Below the pieces are notes generated by a model that had not been told where the DNA came from, made no database searches, and was given only the letters and a program-made list of their open reading frames with translations. A stretch of DNA of 64,000 nucleotides from Clostridioides phage LIBA6276. Position numbers and translations under genes: made by a program. The stretch lies in sequence record MF547662.1. The stretch is one strand, 5' to 3'. Shown here piece after piece: positions 1 through 7,299 of this stretch (position 1 is the first letter of the stretch; the number at the start of each line of letters is the position of its first letter).

Positions 1-24
1 AAAATCAGTGATAAGTTACCTGCA

Positions 25-3000
25 TTGCCAGGAAATATGGTTCAAGCATTAAATGAGCAATTTGCAAATGCTTTTACAGGAGACAATGCTCCTGAAATCA
101 CACCTAGTGTAAATGGAGAAAAAGCTAAAAAGGAATTAAAAGAGTTAGAAAAATTCAAACAAGATACTTTTAAATCAGATAAAATTGTGACTGAAATTAA
201 TAATAAAGGACTAGATTTCGCAAAAAAAGACTTGAGTGTATTAAAAGAACAGTTGGATAGATTTAAAAATGAAGATACAAAGTTGTCTTTTACTACAGAT
301 TGTGCAGATGCTTTTAAAGATGTAAATTCTTTAGAGGAAGCTAGAAAAAAAATATCTGCTCCAATGAGTTTAAAATATGATATAGATGTAGATAAAAAAG
401 GATTGACTGAAGCAAAAAAAGTCTATGATATTTTACCTGATAATCTCAAAAAAAAGATAGAAACAGAAGTAATAGGTATAGATAAATTAGACACATTACA
501 AAACTTAATAGATAAAGCTCCAAATAAAAAAGAAACTATATTTGAAATAATTAATAAAAATCCAGATAAGCTAAATGAGATAGATGAAATTCTTAATAAC
601 GTTCCAAATGATAAAAAGGAAGCTGTTATTGATTTTATAGTAAATAATTTAGACCAACTTGAAAAAGCTAAAAATGTACAAGAATTTATAAACAATTTAC
701 CTCCAGAAATAAAAAAACAACTTGGAATAGAAGTTGAAGGAGGAGAAAATGCAGAGAAAACTGTTAATACAGTTCAAAATGCAGATGGAACTAAGGCTGA
801 CCTTTTAGTAAATGCAGAAGTAAATGGAGAATCACAAGTAGTTGAATGCATAGAAACATTGGATAAGAATGGTAATAAAACATACACTCCTAATTTAAAT
901 CCTCAAGTTAATAATAGTGAAAAAGTTGTTCAGTGCATGAGAATATTAGATGAATATGGAAATGAATCTTATATTCCAATTGTAAGTCCTCAAGTTACTA
1001 ATGAAGAAGGGCTTAACAGTACTAAACAAAAAATGGATGAGTTAGATAATAAAACAGTAACTTCAACTGTACAAATAAAGACAGAAGGAGAAACTGAAGT
1101 TGAACAAGCAACCAATTTTATAGAAAATACAAATCCAACTAAGGTTATTGAGTTATCCATAAACAACTCTGGTAAAGATGAAATTGACAATACAAAACAA
1201 AAGTTAGATGAACTTAATAATGAAAAAGCCACTCCTACTATTGAAGCTACAGGTGCAGAACAAGCATCCAAACAATTAAATCAATTATCACAAAAAGCAC
1301 AAGAAATTGGGCAAGGTAATTATCATATAAATGTTAGTACTTCAACTGAACAAGGGGCTAAGAATATTTCAGGACTTATAGCTAGAGTAAAACAATTCTT
1401 AGCTTTGAAAGTATCTACACTTGTATTTAGAACTGAAACTGCACAAGCAGCAAAAAATGTATCAGGTTTGTTAGCCAAAGTACAAAGTTATGTTAGCCGA
1501 TATGGTGGAAAAACTATAAAGACTACATTTAGTGCATTAACTGCAACTGCTGCAAAGAACATATCAGGGCTTATTAGGAAAATAGAGTCATTTAAATCAA
1601 ATTATGCAGGAAAAACATTCACTACTACATTTGTAACTAATAAAGTGACTAATAGTTCTGGTGGTGGAGGAGGAGGAAATAGTTCAGATAAGACCAATAA
1701 AACTGAACGTACCTCTGTTACTAATGTAACTCCAATTCCAGCTAATCTATTAGCTCAACCTAGAACATCAGAACCAGCACCAATAAGTGACGAAACTCCT
1801 GTAACACCAAAACCATCCTTATTCTCAAGAGCAGTATCAAGAGCCACATCCGCTTTCAAAGTAATCAAACCTAAAGTTACAATAAACAATGACACAATAG
1901 ACTCATCTGTAAAATATAGTATAGAATTATTTAAAGAGTTAGAAAATGCTATATCAGCAGTAACAAATGAAATAGCTCTATTAGACAAAAAAATGGAACA
2001 TGCTACAGGTGATGAGAAGATTAAATACTTACAGGAGCAAAATAAATTATTTGCTCAACAAAAAGATTTAATAAAACAACAACAAGATGGATATAAAGCT
2101 GAAAGTAACAGACTTAAAAATAGATTAAAAGAAAAGAAAATGGGCTTTAAGTTTGATGATACTGGAAATCTAACTAACTATGAAGAAAAGTTAATATCAA
2201 TAGAAAAAGAATTAGACAAATTAAATTCAAAGTCTGGTGACAAAGAAAATAAAAAAGATGAATCCAGAAAAAAAGAGTTGGAAGAAACTAAGAAAGTCCT
2301 TGAAGAATATATTAAAGTTACATTTACAGAACTGCCTAAATGTGAGCAAGAATGGGAAGAATACAATAATAAAATTAAAGAACACAATGAGGAGTTAAGG
2401 AAAGCACAAGAAGAAATGTGGAAACTTAATAAGAATTCCACATGGACTTCTATGTACAAAGATGTAGAGCAAGTAAATAATGAAATAGCAATGATAGATG
2501 TATTACTTAAAAATGCTACAGGTGATGAGCAGATAGAGTTGTTAGAAAAGAAAAAAGAGTTAATGGCCAAGAAGGCTAAAGAACTATCTGAAACAACAGC
2601 ATATCTTCAAGAAACACAAAAAGAGCTACAACAAAAGCTACAAGGCTATGGATTTACATTTAGAGATAATGGCGATATAACTAACTTCATTCAACATAAA
2701 AATCAACTTAAAAAGAACATGACTGATGAAGAATTTAAGAGAATGGAAGAGGCAGCAGAGGGATATTTGGATTTATTGATAAATAAAATACCTGATGCCA
2801 ATAAGGAAATTGCTGAATCTAAGGAAGAAATTGAAGCATTAAATAAAGAAATTCAAGATGCTTATAAAGACCAGCTTAAAGAAGCTCAAAGCCTACAAGA
2901 AAAAATTAGAGACATGTATAAAAAAGAGCTTGAAGAGAGACTTAAAGAAATAGATAAAGAAACTAAAGCTAAAATTGATTCTCTTAAAAAGCAACAAGAT

Positions 3001-3723
3001 GCTTACAATGATTCAAGAAAAGAAGCCAAATATAAAGATGATTATGAAGAACAACAAGATGTAATAAGTGATTTAGAAAAACAAATAGCAATAGCTGAAA
3101 GAGATAGTTCTTTAAGTGGTCAGAAGAAACTTAAAGATTTACAAAAACAATTAAAAGAAGAACAGAAGAAATTACAGGATTTAGTACAAGACCATGTAGA
3201 CGACCAAGTTAACGATATGTATGACAAGGAATCTGACAGACTACAAGAAGAAGCAGATAAGTTAAAAGAAGAGTTAGAGAAAAAATACTCAGATGAAAAT
3301 TTAGTTGATTTAATTAATGAAGCAATTTCAAGCGGTAAATTTGTAGGTCTTGATGGAGAGGTTAAGAAACTTCAAGATGCTATTATTGAATACATAAATA
3401 AATATGAAGATGGTATGTTGGCAATGGGTTCTGTCACTAAGCAGGAATGGCTCGATAGATTAAAAGAAGGTAAAGAGACATTAGAAGATATTAATGACAT
3501 ATTGGATGAATTAGATTTAAGTAAATTTGCTATGCCTAATTATAATCCTCCTTCAAATTCTCGTTCAAGAAGTACATCTCCAATATCAGCAGTTAATTAT
3601 AATTCACCATTTGTTGTTGTACAAGGGAATGTAACTAAAGATGTAATGCCTGAATTTGAAAAGAAGATGAGGAAAATGATTGAAGAAAATAACAAAAAAA
3701 TTATTTCTAATACTAGGTCTTAA
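25..3723 (+). CDS. tail tape measure protein (frame stays open to nt 1, so the 5' end is probably outside the window)
   Basis: 1232-aa K/E-rich coiled-coil ORF with three ~38-aa internal repeats (AKNISGLIARVKQF / AKNVSGLLAKVQSY / AKNISGLIRKIESF) and a G6 linker; lies upstream of the Dit/Tal-like genes. Confidence 0.7.
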   Translation: MPGNMVQALNEQFANAFTGDNAPEITPSVNGEKAKKELKELEKFKQDTFKSDKIVTEINNKGLDFAKKDLSVLKEQLDRFKNEDTKLSFTTDCADAFKDVNSLEEARKKISAPMSLKYDIDVDKKGLTEAKKVYDILPDNLKKKIETEVIGIDKLDTLQNLIDKAPNKKETIFEIINKNPDKLNEIDEILNNVPNDKKEAVIDFIVNNLDQLEKAKNVQEFINNLPPEIKKQLGIEVEGGENAEKTVNTVQNADGTKADLLVNAEVNGESQVVECIETLDKNGNKTYTPNLNPQVNNSEKVVQCMRILDEYGNESYIPIVSPQVTNEEGLNSTKQKMDELDNKTVTSTVQIKTEGETEVEQATNFIENTNPTKVIELSINNSGKDEIDNTKQKLDELNNEKATPTIEATGAEQASKQLNQLSQKAQEIGQGNYHINVSTSTEQGAKNISGLIARVKQFLALKVSTLVFRTETAQAAKNVSGLLAKVQSYVSRYGGKTIKTTFSALTATAAKNISGLIRKIESFKSNYAGKTFTTTFVTNKVTNSSGGGGGGNSSDKTNKTERTSVTNVTPIPANLLAQPRTSEPAPISDETPVTPKPSLFSRAVSRATSAFKVIKPKVTINNDTIDSSVKYSIELFKELENAISAVTNEIALLDKKMEHATGDEKIKYLQEQNKLFAQQKDLIKQQQDGYKAESNRLKNRLKEKKMGFKFDDTGNLTNYEEKLISIEKELDKLNSKSGDKENKKDESRKKELEETKKVLEEYIKVTFTELPKCEQEWEEYNNKIKEHNEELRKAQEEMWKLNKNSTWTSMYKDVEQVNNEIAMIDVLLKNATGDEQIELLEKKKELMAKKAKELSETTAYLQETQKELQQKLQGYGFTFRDNGDITNFIQHKNQLKKNMTDEEFKRMEEAAEGYLDLLINKIPDANKEIAESKEEIEALNKEIQDAYKDQLKEAQSLQEKIRDMYKKELEERLKEIDKETKAKIDSLKKQQDAYNDSRKEAKYKDDYEEQQDVISDLEKQIAIAERDSSLSGQKKLKDLQKQLKEEQKKLQDLVQDHVDDQVNDMYDKESDRLQEEADKLKEELEKKYSDENLVDLINEAISSGKFVGLDGEVKKLQDAIIEYINKYEDGMLAMGSVTKQEWLDRLKEGKETLEDINDILDELDLSKFAMPNYNPPSNSRSRSTSPISAVNYNSPFVVVQGNVTKDVMPEFEKKMRKMIEENNKKIISNTRS

Positions 3724-3824
3724 TATATGTAATTGGTCTTTATTTATTATTCACTCATTTACTTACGTTTTATAATTTATAGTCAGATTTTTTTTGAAAA
3801 TATATATTTATCTAATAAAAAATA

Positions 3825-3855
3825 TTGTTTATAAAAAACGTATTTATGATATAAT
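3825..3855 (+). promoter_or_regulatory. sigma-A-type promoter (TTGTTT-19-TATAAT) for the antisense RNA of TA module 1
   Basis: hexamers read from the sequence; the 19-nt spacer is long. Confidence 0.3.
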
Positions 3856-3928
3856 AGTAATATAAATGATATAAATTTATATCATAAAGACATAAAAAAA
3901 GAGACTACAACTATTTGTGCTAGGGTGT
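3851..3928. repeat. ~80-nt conserved block, copy A (repeated at 4381-4458)
   Basis: ataatagtaatataaatgatataaatttatatcata is identical over 36 nt, then ~90% identical through gagactacaa...agggtgt. Confidence 0.85.
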
Positions 3929-4003
3929 CTCTTCATAAATAAGCGAAGTGTTAATTAGAGGAAGAATCACCTGAATTGCCGTTCGGGTGATTCTTAATTT
4001 TTT
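3860..4003 (+). ncRNA. candidate type I antitoxin antisense RNA 1
   Basis: runs from the promoter at 3825-3855 to an intrinsic terminator at 3962-4003; convergent with the minus-strand toxin ORF and overlaps its 3' end (3951-4003); ~80-nt 5' block nearly identical to 4381-4458. Confidence 0.4.
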
Positions 4004-4130
4004 GCAACGTTTTCTTAAACTCATCTATTTCTTTAAAGAGTCTATTTAAATTCTGAACCAACTTAATCAAACTAATAATTATAGTTGTAAGAAATGTTAT
4101 TATCGTTAACAAACAAATTAGATATTTCAT
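3951..4130 (-). CDS. small hydrophobic toxin-like protein, 59 aa (MKYLICLLTIITFLTTIIISLIKLVQNLNRLFKEIDEFKKTLQKIKNHPNGNSGDSSSN); candidate type I toxin
   Basis: ATG at 4130 with GGAGG upstream; single predicted TM helix plus charged tail; absent from the ORF track (below 60 aa); paralogue at 4491-4652. Confidence 0.55.
   Translation of the reverse strand: MKYLICLLTIITFLTTIIISLIKLVQNLNRLFKEIDEFKKTLQKIKNHPNGNSGDSSSN
3962..4003 (+). terminator. rho-independent terminator of antisense RNA 1
   Basis: aagaatcacc...ggtgattctt stem followed by aatttttt. Confidence 0.6.
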
Positions 4131-4188
4131 AATATCATATCACCTCCCCTCTTGATTTGACATGGGAAGGCTTATGTATATGAAGATT

Positions 4189-4267
4189 CACCCTAATAGT
4201 TTTTTTATGTAGTCTCTAAAAATATTATACCATAAATTACCAATATGTTAAATTTAATATTATATTG
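4189..4267. repeat. ~80-nt conserved block, copy A' (repeated at 4696-4774); candidate toxin-1 promoter and 5' UTR region on the minus strand
   Basis: tcaccctaatagt...gtagtctctaaaaatattataccataa..ccaatatgttaaatttaatattatattg is shared; contains tggtataat on the minus strand. Confidence 0.8.
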
Positions 4268-4355
4268 TCTACAATTGTAAAAGAATATTGTGTTCTAAGA
4301 AGTTATTCTATTAATAGTATAGCTTTTTTATTTTTCAATGAAGATAATGACAACA

Positions 4356-4385
4356 TTGACTATTTTGATAATATTGGAGTATAAT
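4356..4385 (+). promoter_or_regulatory. promoter TTGACT-18-TATAAT for antisense RNA 2
   Basis: good consensus hexamers. Confidence 0.45.
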
Positions 4386-4458
4386 AGTAATATAAATGAT
4401 ATAAATTTATATCATAGGGACATAAAAAAGAGACTACAAACTATTTGCTGTAGGGTGT
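4381..4458. repeat. conserved block, copy B (matches 3851-3928)
   Basis: direct alignment of the two copies. Confidence 0.85.
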
Positions 4459-4545
4459 AGTTCTTAAAGTTAACAATAAAAAGAATAGATTTATGTATTA
4501 CTTTCAGAATCACTAGACCCGCCAGTCTGGTGATTCTTTAGTTTT
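4392..4545 (+). ncRNA. candidate type I antitoxin antisense RNA 2
   Basis: promoter at 4356-4385 and terminator at 4506-4545; overlaps the toxin-2 3' end (4491-4545). Confidence 0.45.
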
Positions 4546-4652
4546 CTAATAGATGCTTTCAAGTTTAAGATTGCATCTATTAGCTTTGTCAAATGATTGA
4601 TTATTCTTGTAATCATAATTATCATTATTAAAAACAAAACTAAGTACTCCAT
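4491..4652 (-). CDS. small hydrophobic toxin-like protein, 53 aa (MEYLVLFLIMIIMITRIINHLTKLIDAILNLKASIRKLKNHQTGGSSDSESNT)
   Basis: ATG at 4652 with GGGGTGAG upstream; TM helix plus KLKNHxxGxSxDS tail shared with the 3951-4130 protein. Confidence 0.55.
   Translation of the reverse strand: MEYLVLFLIMIIMITRIINHLTKLIDAILNLKASIRKLKNHQTGGSSDSESNT
4506..4545 (+). terminator. rho-independent terminator of antisense RNA 2
   Basis: agaatcactagac / gtctggtgattct 13-bp stem followed by ttagtttt. Confidence 0.6.
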
Positions 4653-4695
4653 AGTCTCACCCCCTTTCTTACTGGGGATTTTAACTAAAGAGCCA

Positions 4696-4774
4696 TCACC
4701 CTAATAGTCTAAACTGTAGTCTCTAAAAATATTATACCATAATTTTCCAATATGTTAAATTTAATATTATATTG
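4696..4774. repeat. conserved block, copy B' (matches 4189-4267)
   Basis: direct alignment of the two copies. Confidence 0.8.
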
Positions 4775-4852
4775 ACGACAGGAGTAGAATAAAGATATAA
4801 TACAGATAACAGAAAATTTAAAAATTTTACATAAGAATTACTACTTATCTAT

Positions 4853-4877
4853 GCCACCTTAAAAAGTGGCTATTTTT
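4853..4877 (+). terminator. small hairpin followed by a T-run (gccac-N8-gtggc tattttt)
   Basis: seen in sequence; no obvious upstream + strand gene. Confidence 0.25.
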
Positions 4878-4910
4878 CTATTCTGGTATATATTTAAGGA
4901 GGTGTTACAA

Positions 4911-5066
4911 ATGATAAATAATATAGAAGATTGTAAGCTTCTTATTGAGGCAGAAATAAGAATGAAAGATATAGATGAAAAAGAACTAATATCTCAAAGG
5001 GAGATTCTGAAAGACCTAAATATTAATGAAAAAGACCTTGAAGATATTGAAGTGAATTTTGAATAA
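4911..5066 (+). CDS. small acidic hypothetical protein, 51 aa (MINNIEDCKLL...)
   Basis: AAGGAGGTG RBS 5 nt before the ATG at 4911; the track ORF 4866-5066 starts upstream with no RBS. Confidence 0.45.
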   Translation: MINNIEDCKLLIEAEIRMKDIDEKELISQREILKDLNINEKDLEDIEVNFE

Positions 5067-5167
5067 TGAAATGATTTATAATATACCTATTTTAAATATG
5101 TATTAGTTGATATCAGTAATCGTCTTTATCTAGTGATTTTTTATTTATTAACTGTAAACGAATCTGT

Positions 5168-5195
5168 TTTACAAAAAACGTATCTGTGGTATAAT
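5168..5195 (+). promoter_or_regulatory. promoter TTTACA-16-(TG)gTATAAT for antisense RNA 3
   Basis: extended -10 motif tgtggtataat. Confidence 0.45.
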
Positions 5196-5201
5196 AAAAG
5201 T

Positions 5202-5307
5202 AAGGAATTTAATCTACTTAATACAAAGAGTGATTGTTTCCTTAAAGTTAATTAAAAATTAATTTATCTTTTGAAACCACTCTTATTGGCGTCTGAGTGG
5301 TTTTTTG
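5202..5307 (+). ncRNA. candidate type I antitoxin antisense RNA 3 (~105 nt)
   Basis: promoter at 5168-5195, terminator at 5274-5307; overlaps the toxin-3 3' end (5264-5307). Confidence 0.45.
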
Positions 5308-5380
5308 CTTTATCATATATGTAACAAGCTATTAAACTTGTTGCAATATTTAGGCAAATATTAAACACTACTGTTTCCAT
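5264..5380 (-). CDS. small hydrophobic toxin-like protein, 38 aa (METVVFNICLNIATSLIACYIYDKAKNHSDANKSGFKR)
   Basis: GGAGGTGAATTT-ATG; paralogue of the 25552-25683 ORF (shared YIYDKxKxHSxAxKSG motif). Confidence 0.55.
   Translation of the reverse strand: METVVFNICLNIATSLIACYIYDKAKNHSDANKSGFKR
5274..5307 (+). terminator. rho-independent terminator (aaaccactc...gagtggttttttg)
   Basis: stem-loop plus a U6 run. Confidence 0.6.
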
Positions 5381-5582
5381 AAATTCACCTCCTTATAAAA
5401 AAATAAAGCGAGGCTCACCTCCTTCCTTTGAAGAAGTAGGCTAAATACAGAAACAACCACTCTTAGCACTTTCGATTTAAAATTCCTTACTATACTAGAT
5501 TATACCATAATTTTACAATTAATAAAATATTTTAGCTCATCTTAATTGATGGGCTTTTCTAATACAAAGAAGGTGATAAAAT

Positions 5583-7298
5583 ATGCATTTTAATGTGAAT
5601 CTTAAACAGATAAAATCTGATTACACATTAACCATTCACAAGATGAACAAATCATTTTTAGGTCAAATTCCAATCAACTTTTTAAACTCGATAAAGCGGG
5701 AGCTTGGTGGAGTAGATGAAATACAACTGACCATTCCAAAATATATTACAGATAGATTTTTATTTAATAAAATAATAAATCCCATTTTTGAAGAAGTAAA
5801 AGAAGAACGTCTTATTTGTCTTAATAATAAAGAGTACTTTGTAATTAAGAATGTTGTAACAACAGATGATAAGTTAAAAGTAGTAACAGCTAAATCTAAA
5901 GAAGTTAAACTAGGAAAAATTGATGTGAATATTGAGGACTATGGATTACAGATGTTTACCAAAGATGAAGAAGCATCTATTATATCTCTTAATGATTATT
6001 TAAAACAAGAGACAGGCTGGAAACTTGGTTATGTGGATGATTCAATTGCTTATGAAACTGATAGTGAAGGTAATAAGAGAGAAAAGGTAAGATGGCAAGA
6101 AAGTATTAATTCTAACTGGTTAGACTATTTTAATAATGAACTAAAAGAACAATTTGAATGTATAGCTGATTTTGATACTTATAATAATTTAGTTAATTTG
6201 TATCATATAGATAGTTTTGGAGATAACATTCAGTTATATTTATCTCATGATAACTACATAAAATCACTTGAAAGAACTACAAATAGTGATGATATAGTAA
6301 CTAGACTGAAGCTTGAAGGTAGTGAAGATATGAATGTAATAGGAGCTACAGTTACAGGATATGATTACATTGAGAACTATTCTTATTTCTTAGACAATAA
6401 AGAAATGAGTGAAGAACTTAGTAGAGCTATAAAGAAATACCAAGAAATGAATGAAATAAGAGAGCCAATTTGGAGAGAACTAATAGATACAAAGCTTAAG
6501 AAGCAAAGAGAACGTGATAGTAAAAGCAACGAATGGCAAATGGTAATAGAGATGATAAGTAAGAAAAAAGATATAAAAAAGACATATGATAATCCACAGC
6601 ATAAAGATGAAATAAATTCAGCTAAAATAGCAGTAGAGATAAGTGAACTAGAAGATAAAAAAGTCATATTGGATGTTCAAATAAAACATTTAGAAGAAGA
6701 AATAGCTAAGTTAAATGAAAGTATAAAAGATATAAATATTCTTTGTAAGAGGGAGACTTCAACTGATGAGGATGGATATCTAATATTTAATGAGGTTCTA
6801 TTAGATGAATTAAATGAGTTCCTCTACTATGACACTTATACAAATGATGCTTTTTTAAAAGTTGAAGATTTAATAGCAGAAGGTAAAAGGCAATTAAGTT
6901 TGAAATGTATTCCAACACGAGAATGGACTCTGGATGTTATAAACTTCTTAGATAGAATTATAGATATTAATTTTAGACAGCATTGGAAGGGTGATTTGAG
7001 CTTAGGAGATATTATAGTGTTACATAGCAAAGAATCTAAAGAAGAAGAATTAGTATATTTTACATCTTTTACCCAGAATTTAAAAAACGGGAAGTTAGAT
7101 ACTTTAGAATTAACTTTAAGTAATAAAAAAATAAAAGAAGATGACAAAAGAACTATAGCTGATTATTTGACTAAAGCTGAACACGCAACAAGAACATTGA
7201 ACTCTAAAAGACATTTATTTATTCAGCAACAGAAGAAAAGAATTAACCTACCAGATGAATATATTCCTAAGAAAAATATACAAAAGGAGTTGATGTAG
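5583..7298 (+). CDS. phage distal tail protein (Dit-like) or tail family protein
   Basis: 571-aa ORF with a good RBS; position follows the tape-measure gene; no diagnostic motif seen. Confidence 0.4.
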   Translation: MHFNVNLKQIKSDYTLTIHKMNKSFLGQIPINFLNSIKRELGGVDEIQLTIPKYITDRFLFNKIINPIFEEVKEERLICLNNKEYFVIKNVVTTDDKLKVVTAKSKEVKLGKIDVNIEDYGLQMFTKDEEASIISLNDYLKQETGWKLGYVDDSIAYETDSEGNKREKVRWQESINSNWLDYFNNELKEQFECIADFDTYNNLVNLYHIDSFGDNIQLYLSHDNYIKSLERTTNSDDIVTRLKLEGSEDMNVIGATVTGYDYIENYSYFLDNKEMSEELSRAIKKYQEMNEIREPIWRELIDTKLKKQRERDSKSNEWQMVIEMISKKKDIKKTYDNPQHKDEINSAKIAVEISELEDKKVILDVQIKHLEEEIAKLNESIKDINILCKRETSTDEDGYLIFNEVLLDELNEFLYYDTYTNDAFLKVEDLIAEGKRQLSLKCIPTREWTLDVINFLDRIIDINFRQHWKGDLSLGDIIVLHSKESKEEELVYFTSFTQNLKNGKLDTLELTLSNKKIKEDDKRTIADYLTKAEHATRTLNSKRHLFIQQQKKRINLPDEYIPKKNIQKELM

Positions 7299-7299
7299 A

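Noticed and set aside
423-2570. Minus-strand ORFs 423-695, 990-1271, 1755-1988, 2178-2570 inside the tape-measure gene
   Set aside because: Serine/leucine-rich antisense frames of an AT-rich coding region with no RBS; spurious
3851-4458. Possible CRISPR array, because of identical 36-nt repeats
   Set aside because: Only two copies, ~530 bp apart, with no regular repeat-spacer periodicity; they are the conserved RNA blocks of duplicated TA-like modules
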